Assembly: GCA_951406725.2 (NCBI GenBank)
Contig: OX597814.1
Coordinates: 209,126,001 to 209,190,000, forward strand
Direction: 5' to 3'
Length of the DNA: 64,000 bases
From: Octopus vulgaris
Lineage: Eukaryota
Shown here one piece after another: positions 23,982 to 37,689 of this stretch. The notes beneath the pieces are model-generated. The model searched no databases. It was not told the DNA's origin and worked only from the letters and a program-made list of their open reading frames with translations. The number at the start of each line of letters is the position of its first letter. Position 1 is the stretch's first letter. The translations under genes and the position numbers were made by a program.

Positions 23982-24429
23982 ACCGCAATACTCTTCCATT
24001 TAAAATATATTTAAACTATGTAAACCGTGTGCGTTTTCCTTCTTATATATATGTATATATATCTCACACAGGTCTAGACAAGATTTTTTTGTGGAAGACT
24101 GGTGATTGTCTATGGGTACAATCTCCTTTCTTCACGCCATGGAATTTAATCTAAGGGAAAGATCCCCGATGCAGCTTGGAACATTGACGCCACAGGTCTT
24201 GTTGGAATGCAAACAATCGGATCAGCTACAACAATTAATCTTGCACGACTCCTCGAAACATTTTTCCAATCCACCAGTCTGGGTTGATACTTTTGTGTCA
24301 ACTCCGAAAGGATGAAAATTAAAGTTGACTCCAACGGGACTTGGCCGTATAGGTTTGGAAAAAATACTGCAAGGTATTTTATTCAAGGCGTTTACCAATG
24401 ACTCTTCCACTTCGTCCCCTTCAGTACGG

Positions 24430-24640
24430 AAGTAGTGAAGGGGATGGATGAAGACAAGAGGTTGGCTCTGGACTTGGGCAGCTCACGTTTTCTTTGTGCT
24501 TCTGCAATCCTGATCTCTTCGTAGGAGGTGGTACCTCTGTTGGTATAGTTACGCTAGGCAGGGCGGTCATGTGCTTACATTTCCACGTTGTTGGGGTTGA
24601 TCTGAAAGTACTTCAGTGAGGCTCTGAGTAGGACTAAATT
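24430..24640 (-). mobile_element. RTE-type LINE 3' fragment
   Basis: INPNNVEM*AHDRPA*R..GTTSYEEIRIAEAQRKRE resembles the RTE ORF2 C-terminus. Confidence 0.6.
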
Positions 24641-24927
24641 CTTTTCGTAGTGGGACTAAATTCCATCTTCTTGAACGAATATTGCAAGACAGAATAACAC
24701 TTCAAGGTACATATTCAACGAATTGGCCGTCGTTTCATTTAGGCTGTGGAGATGGTACACCGTTGATCTGTTTAGCTGTGGCTTGATAAAATATGGAGTA
24801 TTACTAAATAACATCTTTTCTTTCTTCTTGGGCTTTCGACTGCCGATGGAGCCATAGGGACAACATCGTGGCATATATCGTGCCTTTGACAATTTGAAAC
24901 TTGCAGAGTCTATCCCTACTTGTTCTG

Positions 24928-25043
24928 GTTTGTTGTTGTTGTTGTTGTTGCTGTTGTTGTTGTTGTTGTTGTTCTTCTTCTTCTTCTTCTTCTTCTTCTT
25001 CTTCTTCTTCTTCTTCTTCTTCTTCTTCTTCTTCTTCTTCTTC
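24928..25043. repeat. (GTT)n(CTT)n compound microsatellite
   Basis: Directly visible. Confidence 0.95.
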
Positions 25044-25699
25044 TAGAAAGTGAGAGATGGAGGGAGAGAGGGAGAGAGAAACAGAGGAGGGAGAATAAAT
25101 GATTCCAGCACTATAAAGATGCTTTACTTATCGACCTCGAAAAAAATGAATGTCATGGTTAACTTAGGATTAGAACTCACAACGTAGAGAGCTGGAAATA
25201 ATGCTGCAGGGCTTTCTATCCGATACCCTAAAGGTTCTGTCAACTTGCCACCTACTTATTAACTGAGGGTCACCGCCACCAAACAAAATACAAACAAAAC
25301 CTCCCCAAAAAACAAACAAACAAATAAAAGAACTAAAACAAATAAACAAACAAACGGCAAATCGAAACACTTTGAGAAGCAATTAATTATTTAAAATGAG
25401 TAGATAAAATATTTAGCTGTATCTTCTATATTATTCTTGCTTAATTATTTTATTTTTGCTTCACTTTGTTTAAGAGGAAACAAAACACTGAAGCAAAAGT
25501 TATCTTGCAATACTCTAGTGTAGCCTTCAACATGGGAGAAAAGCAAACTAAATCGGAATGCAGATAAATTCTTTTTATAATTTAGTCTGAAGATGTGATA
25601 GATAATTGAAAGAAGGACGGTATTATACTTCTGTCATGACGTCGAATTCATTACAGAAAGACTTGAACTGACATGAGACATATACAAGCTAATGAATAA

Positions 25700-26200
25700 C
25701 TCGTTAATTTTACAGCATTGCGGTTGCTTTTAGAGACTAGTTGCTGATGTTTAGACCCAAGGTAGTCTTTATCGAGCATACTTATGCTGGAAGACGTCAA
25801 ATAGTAATTAGCAAATCAAGGCTCTCACGCCAAGTTTTATTCAATGAACTCACCTTAGGGAAAGACCACAGAGTTGCCTTCTTCGAAAATCAAGGACCAA
25901 CTCAAAACAACACTGAAAGCCGCTGGACTGGAGCCTAAATAATTTGAAACATAAACCCTAGAGTGTGACACGTGGCGGTGTTTCATCATTATAGGAACCA
26001 AAATCTTTGAAGCCACCAGAAGAGAAAACGAAGAAATCAAACGATAGGAGAGAAAGACTCGACAAAATCAAGGTTCATTCTTCACCAACATTTCCATGCA
26101 GTCAATGCCTTTGACTCTTCTATGCAAGAATTGGTCTTCAGAGTCATCAATACTATCACCATAAAGGAAGCGTTCAACAGAAAAAAGAACTAAATTCTCG
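25700..26200 (+). mobile_element. RTE-type LINE 3' fragment
   Basis: RLSRQVLFNELTLGK..KDQLKTTLKAAGLEP..TWR..GTKIFEATRRE. Confidence 0.65.
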
Positions 26201-26407
26201 GATCCGAGATAAAAACCTCCGCCGCCGCTGCCGATGCCGAAAGCCGTCAAATAGTAATTATCTATTTCGTTTTTGGATTTGGCTTGCAAGATTCTTTATA
26301 TGACTTCGTGTGTTGAAGCATATTCTGTTGTGTCTAGGGTGAGTCATTTTCTTTTTGTGCCTTATAATGTAACACACTCAACGGTAAAATTTCCACAATA
26401 GTCAAGA

Positions 26408-26444
26408 CTATTGAAAAGGTTGCAAGACGCAACGAAAATTTTAG
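26408..26444 (+). ncRNA. Minimal type I hammerhead motif (U3-A8 variant) between about 73-bp inverted arms
   Basis: CTA-TTGAAAA-G-GTTGC aagac GCAAC-GAAAA-TTT-TAG. Confidence 0.5.
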
Positions 26445-26586
26445 GAAAATAAAAATAAGAAATAAGTGGAAATTTTTCCGGTGAGTGTGCTTACATTATA
26501 AGGCATAAAAAGAAAATGACTCTCCCCAGACACAACAGAGTAATTATCTAGTCTTATCTTTTTCAAATACAATGTATCTAGGATTA

Positions 26587-26997
26587 GGATCTTTTCGGTT
26601 TGAACGGCAGTTTTTTCTAGCGGTGTCATATGAAATTGTCACCCATAATTATGACCCTAGTATCGATCTATTGCATTTCAATCTGTTCTAGGGTTACGGT
26701 TAGTTAGGGTTAGGGTTAGGGGTGGGGGGGAAGGGTATCTTTTTTTCTTCAGAAATGTAAATAAACCCACTTTGTTTCTTAAACGAGCACAGAATGTTTT
26801 CACCTCCAATAGACATCATTGATTGGTTGAAATTGCAGAAATTGAAGAAAAAAAATATCTTACTAACTATAGAATTTTCTCAATAAAGCCACGAGAAAAA
26901 GATGTTTTATAAATATTCTACCAGTATACGAAGTTTAAAAGTGTTTAGTTAAGTGGAAATTATTTTTTAAAAAATGCCGTTCAAACCGAAATTATCC
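26587..26997. mobile_element. MITE of the 14400-14819 family, opposite orientation
   Basis: TIR GGATCTTTTCGGTTTGAACGGCA; perfect 8-bp TSD TAGGATTA; internal TTAGGG repeats. Confidence 0.9.
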
Positions 26998-27496
26998 TAG
27001 GATTACATTGATCAATGTCATTTCTTTTGTTACAGTAGTGTTATGGAGAGAAAAATTGGCTGCTATTTCTAGCAGGTCAAGGGATTGCGCAAAGGCTACT
27101 CGACAGGGCTCGTATGATCAGTTATAACGTTCCAAGGTATATATTTACGGCTAGATGAGCTGAGCCGATGCACGTTAAGTAGTTTTCCTTTTTTGCCAAG
27201 GACATCGCGTTCCGCCATGGATAGAATACAACTCGCCAAGCTTTAATTTCACCAATCCACAGCTCGCAATAAATGAATTATAAATACGTAAATAAACTAC
27301 ACACAAATAAATAAGAATAAAGAAACGATTGCCGAAATTTAAGACTCAGCTGTGAAAATGCACAAACTCTGGCTGTGGTTACATAATATAAAGAGAGCAT
27401 TCATCAGCTTTAACACTTCTATCTGCAAAAGCTTTTGTAAAGTGAATAAACCATCACTCGCCTGCACATACCACACAACAAGTTCAGCATGTAATA

Positions 27497-27529
<33 letters not shown>

Positions 27530-27981
27530 GAAGTAGAATAAAATAAAATAAAATAAAATAAAAATCTGCACACGCACATGCCACGTTCAATGTAACGGTG
27601 GCAGATTACGCGAATGAGAGGAGGAAAAATATTCCATTGAAGATCAGGCCAGAAGAACGAGACAACTTCAAAATCAGGTGTAGCAGAGCGTGTATGGAAC
27701 GATAATGGAAATCACTAACCATTATGGAATGAAGTTTCCATTATTGACAAGGAACCACACTGGATGTGATGAAAGATCAAAAGAGTCTGCATGTAAGGGC
27801 ATTATCAACGAATGCCATTAGTAAATGTTGCACATACTTCAAAATCAATATACCAATCTACATTTAGATATGTTCAAACTTGGCAGATAGGCAGAAGAAG
27901 AAGGGACACTGGAGTAGTTCAAATAGTCGTTTCAATTGTAAATAAAGTTTATAAAATGAACACTTTTTCAGGCACATCTTC

Positions 27982-27984
<3 letters not shown>

Positions 27985-28038
<54 letters not shown>

Positions 28039-28300
28039 GCATAGTCGCACACACACAAGCATAACCACACACACATATACACACAAGCATAATCACACAC
28101 ACACAAGCATAATCACACACACATATACACACAAGCACAATCACACACACACAAGCATAATCACACACACATATACACACAAGCACAATCACACACACAT
28201 ATACACACAAGCATAATCACACACACATATGCACACAGGCATTATCACACACATACACACATACACACACACATACACGCACGCACGCACACACACATGC
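27985..28300. repeat. (CA)n-derived minisatellite with ACACAAGCATAATCAC units
   Basis: Directly visible. Confidence 0.85.
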
Positions 28301-28899
28301 ATGGATACACACACGCTATGAAAGTCACTTATTGTAATCACTGAGAACATTAGAAACCGGTTATTGGTCTCAGTCTTATACAATTGGCTGTTTAATATTA
28401 TCAGCTGGTTATTATTATCGAAAAATACTCATCCCAAAATTGTATCACTGTATCACTGTATCACTGTATATATACACTCGCATATATTAGTGCGTCTTGG
28501 AGTGACTGCAGTAATGTATAACACCTTATAATATAAATATTTGGTAAAAACCAATCGTCGAGTTTTCTCGCATTTGTGCAAACCAATTACGGCATCCAAC
28601 ATGATTTAGTATTCGTACCCGTACAGAATTTGTGAATGAAGTATTTTGCAAGTCGATGGACCCATACGTATTCATGTCAAGGTGTTCATAAGAAAGCATA
28701 TATAATGAGTCATTGCTTAGTTTTCCGGCAATGATTTAGAAAACGTTTTTTTTTATGCTTTGGTGTGTCTTTTCTAATTATGCTACCAATCCACTTCCAG
28801 TTTTTCTTAAATATTTGCTCCCTAATCGAAACTTGATTTGTTCTTTGCCAAAGCTCCATATTGCTTATGTGTTCGGGTCATCTAATTTTAAGTATACTA

Positions 28900-29005
28900 C
28901 GCAAACATCTGTTGACAAATTGTTGCGTAAAGAACAAGCCGGATTTAGGAAGAACCTTTCATGTGTAGATCAAATCACCACTCTTCGCATCATCGTAGAG
29001 CAAAG
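28900..29005 (+). mobile_element. LINE reverse transcriptase fragment
   Basis: VDKLLRKEQAGFRKNLSCVDQITTLRIIVEQ is the classic non-LTR RT QxGFR motif. Confidence 0.85.
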
Positions 29006-29049
29006 ATGTATAAAAAACGTATACATCTCTCAATAATGAATGATATCAG

Positions 29050-30030
29050 TGACTGGAAGACTGGCATGAAATATTTTTTATAGTGGGATGATTTTTCACG
29101 GAATATTCAGAATGGCTTAGCACCATGCCGGTGTAAGCGTCATCAAGCTTTGCCCTACTTATTTGGAGAGTGTCCTATCACTGATTTGACAACGTCAGGG
29201 ATGAAGTCCCTCTTAAAAACATAAGTTAGCTTGATTTTTAGATGACATTGAAAACATCAAGAACAATCTATGCTTCAGCGAGATGAAGTTTTACATCCTA
29301 TATTGTGGGTACGATGTTAATTCTAAGTATGTGAAGGAGTCTACATATTTCAGAGGGATTTGTTTGTACTTACTGAGCCCATTAATTATAGCAGATGTAC
29401 TCACTCCTTGTCACACTGATATAAAAACCAATATCTTTTGTTGTGAGGATGACAGCTGCTATGATGATGTCTGTGGCGACAGCAATATCATGGGCGTAAT
29501 CTGTGTCTGTTATTGTGAGATTTGGTGGTGAGAAAAATTGGATTTTGTTAGAGTGAAGCTGAGTTTTCAGATTTTATCCTTTTGTAAATTTAAGTGTGAA
29601 GGGCGTAGTCCAGGCAGATGATAAATATTAGTGAAAGCGTATTGTCTTGCAAAACGCTTGCTTTAGTGTCGAAAAAGTCGGTTTTTCTATCGGTTGTATT
29701 TTGACTCTTGAGTTCTGGTAGATCATAATTACTCCTGTTATTACTTTTTGAAGTAAATCGTATGTAAGAAGAACTTGCTCCCTTTTGCTTCTGTAGATAG
29801 AATCGAATTTTTTTGAGACGTCTACAAAAAGTATAACTGCTTGTAGATTTTTAACTCTGACGACGTCAGTGTTTCATCTTAGAGTTAAGAAATGTCTAGC
29901 AGAAGTTTTGGTTTCCTCATTTGATCTCCTTGAGTTCTGGCTGTATGCGATTCAGCGTCTATTTGTTGTGGACATTTGCTGCTGTCACAAAAGTGTAATT
30001 CCAATGTAAATTTTAGCCACAGCCGCCTAA

Positions 30031-30089
<59 letters not shown>

Positions 30090-30249
30090 CATTCAGTAGT
30101 TTTATTTTTATAGCGTGCTTTCACTTCACTACCGAGCGCATCTCTGTGTGCCTTAGGTATGTGCTTTGATTTGTTGTGATGCTCTGATGGTTATTGTATG
30201 GAAAGTGTTCTGCGTAGGATGTGTGCAGTGCCTAGTAGTGCAATTTTCT

Positions 30250-30308
<59 letters not shown>

Positions 30309-30800
30309 TTTTTTTTTTGTGGGAATAGAAAAATACAATTTTTAGTTCATTTCTAAATAAAGAAGACTTGATACTACAAGAATATACTATAGAATATACT
30401 ACTAAAAATCTTCTAGACTTCTGGTGTTATATTATCAAAACCAGACGACTTTCTATTTTCAGTCTTCTTCAATACTTTAATAAGGTCTTTTAATGTGAAT
30501 TCATCAAGTTTGATGTTATGTTCATGTTTAATAGCAGTTGCTATGGGTAAGATTTGAAACTACTAGGTGAATTACCGAGAGAATTCTGAAAATCTTATTT
30601 CTACTTGTTTAGTCTTTCCTGCAGACTTATGGCTTTTAGTTTCAATTTATTCGTACTTTTCCTGCCATTAGTTTCATTGGTAGTTTGCTATGCAAGGGAA
30701 GATTGTTTGTTTGCTTCTCTATCCGCAATCAAATTTATTTTGCTTTTAATATATTTCTGTTGTTTGATTTCATATGTGTAAGTCCTGCTGAGTTTTTATA
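29050..30800 (-). mobile_element. Degenerate RTE-like LINE ORF2 (RT region)
   Basis: SVLQDNTLSLIFIICLDYA (like GVLQGDTLAPxLFIxxLDY) and ITDTDYAHDIA (like YADD); boundaries approximate. Confidence 0.7.
30090..30252 (-). mobile_element. Dong/R4-clade non-LTR retrotransposon 3' end in a (TAA)n tract
   Basis: IQKIALLGTAHILRRTLSIQ* C-terminus plus 3' UTR, (AAT)n on both sides. Confidence 0.8.
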
Positions 30801-30829
30801 TCACTAAATTAAAAGCACAGCATGAACTT

Positions 30830-30883
<54 letters not shown>

Positions 30884-30904
30884 CAAGTATATGAGTGTAT
30901 GTGT

Positions 30905-30969
<65 letters not shown>

Positions 30970-31792
30970 TGTATGTATGCATGTATGTATGTATATGTAA
31001 GTAATGAAATGAAATAAACTAACAACCAACCAATGGCAGCATCTCAGTATGGGCACAGCCTATGGCTGAATTAACTTAAGTTAAAAGTAAAGTAAAAGTA
31101 TGCATACATACATACATACATACATACATACATACATACATACATACATACATACATACATACATACATACGCACATACATAATACATACATACATACAT
31201 ACGTACGTACATACATAATACATACATATATAAATATACATGCATACATGCACACATACATGTATGCACATACACATATATACATATATATATTTATATA
31301 ACTGGTGTAAGACTATGTGCTGAGAATACTGCTGTACTCCGTTCAAAATAATGCTGGAGTCGAAGCCTCTTCAGTCAGTGATTTAGTTCTGTAGATGTTT
31401 CAGCTCCTTTCGCTGCGACATCAGAGGTACTCGGGAATTCCAGTAACGTCGATGGCAAGACTCGTGCGCAACAACACAAAATTCGGATGCTGTAGATCTG
31501 AGCCAGATAACTCTGTTAACGTTATCTTGGCGAGCAGAAGTTCCTTCACTGTATGTAACGCACCATTCGACCCCTCCCTCGAGACTGCTGCAGTGCCTTG
31601 ATTTCTCCGTGGCTTCTAGTACATTTAATTGAAAAGCAGTTTCTTTCCTCTGCAAGTAGCCCAAGGCTCCTGAGAAACGAACGAACACTTGTCGCAACAA
31701 TTCTACTACACCTACCTTCATAGGAAAGTATGTTGCCTTTCGCAAAGCTTACCCTGCTCACTCTACCTTCTGTCTTTCATGTCAAACATATC

Positions 31793-32203
31793 TATTTCTT
31801 TATTAACCACAAGGGGCTAAACACAGAGGGGACAAACAAGGACAGACATAGGTATTAAGTCGATTACATCGACCCCAGTGCGTAACTGGTACTTAATTTA
31901 CCGACCCCGAAAGGATGAAAGGCAAATTCGACCTCGGCGGAATTTGAACTCACAACGTAACGCAGACGAAATACCTATTTCTTTACTACCCACAAGGGGC
32001 TAAACACAGAGGGGACGAACAAGGACAGACAAACGGATTAAGTCAATTACATCGACTCCAGTGCGTAACTGGTACTTAATTTATCGACCCCGAAAGGATG
32101 AAAGGCAAATTCGACCTCGGCGGAATTTGAACTCACAACGTAACGCAGACGAAATACCGCTAAGCATTTCGCCCGGCATGCTAACGTTTCTGCCAGCTCG
32201 CCA
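31793..32203 (-). mobile_element. SINE family B dimer
   Basis: Two units joined at AAAGAAATA|GGTATTTCGTC. Confidence 0.92.
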
Positions 32204-32789
32204 CTAACGTTTGCCTCTCCTGGGAGATGGGCAATAGTTGTCGATTTGACATTTACTATTTTTGCTACTTTCCTTTCTTAGACGACGGAACGAACTCAGG
32301 TCTTTTAGTAGCAAAAAAAAAAAAAACAATCAGGGAAGTGTTGTTTACCACCAAAATTAATTAACGTCTCTCACCTCTCATACCATTCCATTCTCCACTA
32401 ATTGTTGTCTCCCGCCTTTATGAATTCTTTTTATTCTCTCCCTCGCTGCATCTGTCAGTAGTCTATGTATTTGATTATTCCACTATGTGTGTTCGAAGCC
32501 TAGAGGGCAATTGAGAGTGTGCGCTTCGTTGAGTCAACCTTTGCACATCTACACAGACCACTTCCCTCTATTTTCCAATGCCTTAGGTTCAGTGGGTTAG
32601 GAATGACGTCACAGATATAGCAACCCTCCCCCCCACTCAAAAAGGTCTTTCCATTTCATTTCCCGCTCAATCACAACGACGTACTGTCTCTGTTCGCTAC
32701 ATTGCATCAAATTCCCATAGCAACTTCTGGTTTCATCCTTCATTACTTGGTTGACTCCAGCATTCCGCCTCAAGATTCATGGCTTGTTA

Positions 32790-32998
32790 TAGTCTATCCG
32801 GGTTGCGGATCCGTGGAATAAGCTGCCGGACGAGATGGTGAAGATGCCGACGACCGCTCGGTTCAAAGTCTCCCTTGACCACAAGTGGCCTGAACTCTTT
32901 ACATGAACACCACCCTGTACATAACTCCATGTCCCCCTACATGGCCTTGCTTTTTGCCTTTTGAGCCAAAAAATTAACTAACTAACTAAATAAATAAA
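32790..32998 (+). mobile_element. CR1/L2-type LINE 3' end
   Basis: SIRVADPWNKLPDEMVKMPTTARFKVSLDHKW motif and (TAAC)n/(TAAA)n tail. Confidence 0.8.
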
Positions 32999-33358
32999 TT
33001 CGAAACTTCTGAGGCATTCCCTATTGGTCAGGGGATCCTACAATATCCCTATATTTTTGAGGCTCCACAAAAATTTGTGGCACCTCTGATGTCATCCTTT
33101 CATTCCAAGTTGTAAGCCCTGAAGAGGAAGAACGTATGCCATAATAGTTCAAATGACACAGCATCAATGCTTTTCAATGAAATTGCTAGAAGTCACGGAG
33201 AAATCAAGGTACTACATCAGTCTCGGGGGGGTGGGGTCGAATGGTGCGTTGTATACAGTGAAGGAACTTCTTTTCACTGAGATAAAGTTAACAGAGTTAT
33301 CTGGCTCAGATCTACACCTGACAGCATTTCTTCTGCTCGAACAACTAAGTTTCACTGT

Positions 33359-33746
33359 TTTTTTTTAAGCACTCCGTCGGTTACGACAACGAGGGTTCCG
33401 GTTGATCCGATCAACGGAACAGCCTGCTCGTGAAATTAACGTGTAAGTGGCTGAGCACTCCACAGACACGTGTACCCTTAACGTAGTTCTCGGGGATATT
33501 TAGCGTGACACAGAGAGTGACAAGGCCGGCCCTTTGAAATACAAGGTACAACAGAAACAGGAAGTAAGAGTGAGAGAAAGTTGTAGCGAAAGAGTACAGC
33601 AGGGATCACCACCATCCCATGCCGGAGCCTCGTGGAGCTTTAGGTGTTTTCGCTCAATAAACACTCACAACGTCCGGTCTGGGAATCGAAACCGCGATCC
33701 TACGACCGCGAGTCCGCTGCCCTAACCACTGGGCCATTGCGCCTCC
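33359..33746 (-). mobile_element. tRNA-derived SINE family C, full length
   Basis: Head GGAGGCGCAATGGCCCAGTGGTTAG..GGTTTCGATTCCC, poly(A) tail, 12-bp TSD AAGTTTCACTGT. Confidence 0.92.
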
Positions 33747-34029
33747 AAGTTTCACTGTAATGTAATAATTACTTTATCTTCCGTTCGTTCATACAAACAT
33801 ATATATATAAAGTTTCAAGTCAACTCTGATTGAAGAAGCCCATGATCAAAGGCATTTAAATTATGACGACCCACATTTGTTTAAAGCCCAGTGCCTGAAG
33901 GAGTAAATAGTACAAAGTTTTTATCAAATTGTTTTAGATTGCAGGGCTTCATTTGACAGAAATTTGGCTAAAATTCCAAGCCAATCCAGCAATCATGTAG
34001 AGATTCTCTCGTTGGTTCACCTGTTTTTA

Positions 34030-34164
34030 AAAAGTATTTTTTCGATGTTGTTGTTGTTATTATTATTATCATTAATATTATTATTACTCAGGTCACTGCC
34101 TGGAATCGAACTCGGAATTTTGGGGTTAGTAGCCCGCACTCTTTAACCATTGCGCCATATGCCC
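34030..34164 (-). mobile_element. tRNA-headed family D element, truncated before the HHR
   Basis: Reverse complement of the 63015-63228 head, (AAT)n and CATCGAAAAATAC segment. Confidence 0.85.
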
Positions 34165-34535
34165 AATAATATTGTTTTTTTCGTTTTTGCTTTTGCAGTG
34201 ATTATAAAGCTTTAAAAGTACACTAAAATGTTTAATCTTTTATAAAATCCATTTATTGTCAAAACTTTAATTTCATCGTCTTACTGAATATTAACAGATT
34301 AAAAAAAAAAAAAAAGAAAAGATTATGCGAACCTTACTGATTTATATTTATAAGAACTATACTGTTCGATATTCCCACAGTGTGTTAATCAGTGACTCGC
34401 TTTTACAACACCCCTAGCTCTTGTACCTTTAGCAGAGTTCACTCTGTTTTATGTATGTAACATGTGATCTCTTGAGCACCACCAGCTCAAATATTTTTCC
34501 TCTGTCTTCCCTTCTTGGGATCTTTCCTTCTCCTT

Positions 34536-34570
34536 GTTTCCGACGAAGAGCTCCGCTCGAAACGTTAAAC
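34536..34570 (+). ncRNA. Minimal type I hammerhead motif (U4C) in a pLTR-like repeat (34490-34690)
   Basis: Identical to 8138-8172, with homologous flanks. Confidence 0.65.
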
Positions 34571-34682
34571 CCTCCTTCCCTTCTTTAATAATACCTTAAT
34601 AATAATTAATAATACCTTAATTGTTCCACGTCCTACGTTGCTGTGTTTTTTTCTCCTTTTTTCTGTGTTTTCTTGCTTGGAT

Positions 34683-34754
<72 letters not shown>

Positions 34755-35154
34755 CGTATGTATCACGCCCCTAAACTCCAACATTTGCACACCTCCACAA
34801 ATTTACCATCCCCAAGAAATCATATGCACCCTTTACAACTGCACACTCGTCTCTCTAGGGCCATCTATATATATGAGACCATCCTATATATGCACTCATG
34901 ACACCGCCTCCATCACCTTTGCCTTAATCCCCATAGAACTGCATTTCCACGTGGTCCCTGATCTTCCTGTCTTTCTTTCTTTCTTTCTTTCTCCTCTATA
35001 TTTTCATCATTTTTTTTCTGACCGATGACAAGCGCCCAAAACGTCAGGACTGCCACCCTTCCTTTTTAAGCTTTAAACTAATACATTTGTTAAAACTCGT
35101 TCCTCTCGTATTTTTTTGCACGTTTTGCTCATTACCTTTGAAACACACACGCAT

Positions 35155-35207
<53 letters not shown>

Positions 35208-35209
35208 CA

Positions 35210-35420
35210 TATTTCTTTACAACCCACAAGGGGCTAAATGCAGAGGGGACAAACTAGGACAGACAAACGGATTAAGTCGATTACATCGACCCCAGTGCGT
35301 AACTGGTAGGATGAAAGGCAAAGTCGACCTCGGCGGAATTTGAACCCAGAACGTAACGGCAGACGAAATACGGCTACGCATTTCGCCCGGCGTGCTAACG
35401 TTTCTGCCAGCTCTCCGCCT
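35210..35420 (-). mobile_element. SINE family B
   Basis: Matches family B with a short internal deletion. Confidence 0.9.
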
Positions 35421-36700
<1,280 letters not shown>

Positions 36701-37572
36701 TGTATGTGGTGTGTGTGTGTGTGTGTGTATGCGTGTGCGTAAGTGTGTGTGTTTTGTGATTCTCCATTATCTTTGAACTCCGCAGAAGAAATGGGGGAAC
36801 GTCATAAAACTGGGAGGATGAAACAACTATCAGGTATATTTACTTTTATGATACCCCATCACTTGACACAAACATTATACATACATTTAGCAAAAAAAAT
36901 AAAAGTTTCCATACCAAAGTAAGGCTATGAAAGCTTCTTACCGCGTAAGTATCTCTAATTAGTTATTTAATACTCACTACATATTTAATGCTCACTACAT
37001 ACGTATTTCTAATTAGTTATTTAATGCTCACTAAATATGTTAATGCTAACCTAACTCATGTTTGTGATAGCATGATAAGAGTTACAGAAATTCTAATAGC
37101 TAACATTGACCCAAGTTTTCAAAAGTTTATAGTCGGTTGTGTCTATTATGGTATACAAATAAAGACACATCCGGGGTAAAATTCCGACCGGAGAAGGGAA
37201 AAACAAAAACAAAAGCAAAAACAAAAACAAACAAACAAACGAAGACTGAAAAAAATTAAACAGTGTTTGCTTAAATTTTTCAAGAACTCTTGACTTAATT
37301 TGTGATTTTGAGAAATTGTTGTGTTAAAATAAAAAGGGTAAATTTCCAAGTACCCTCACTTCACGATCGGAATCATACACATCATAAAATGTTGATATAT
37401 CTGTGTGTATATATATATATATATATATAGAAATATTAAAATTAAATATTAAATACTAAGTCTCTATAGCTATCAATAGCTATCTTGATGGCGGTGGCCT
37501 CATGGACCTGACCATGGCAGCGATTATTCTTATATCTATAAGAATGCCATATTAATATGGCGATAACAATTA

Positions 37573-37630
<58 letters not shown>

Positions 37631-37689
37631 CTGCCAATCTACCGCTCTCTCTCTCTCTCTCGTCGCTCTCTCTTTCTCTCTACTCACAC

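Noticed and set aside
26068-26289. 73-aa ORF with a GSGGGG motif as a host exon
   Set aside because: It is largely antisense to an RTE 3' fragment, with no splice or homology support.
14690-26725. Telomere or chromosome-fusion site from TTAGGG/CCCTAA repeats
   Set aside because: The tracts are short, degenerate and lie inside TSD-flanked MITEs.
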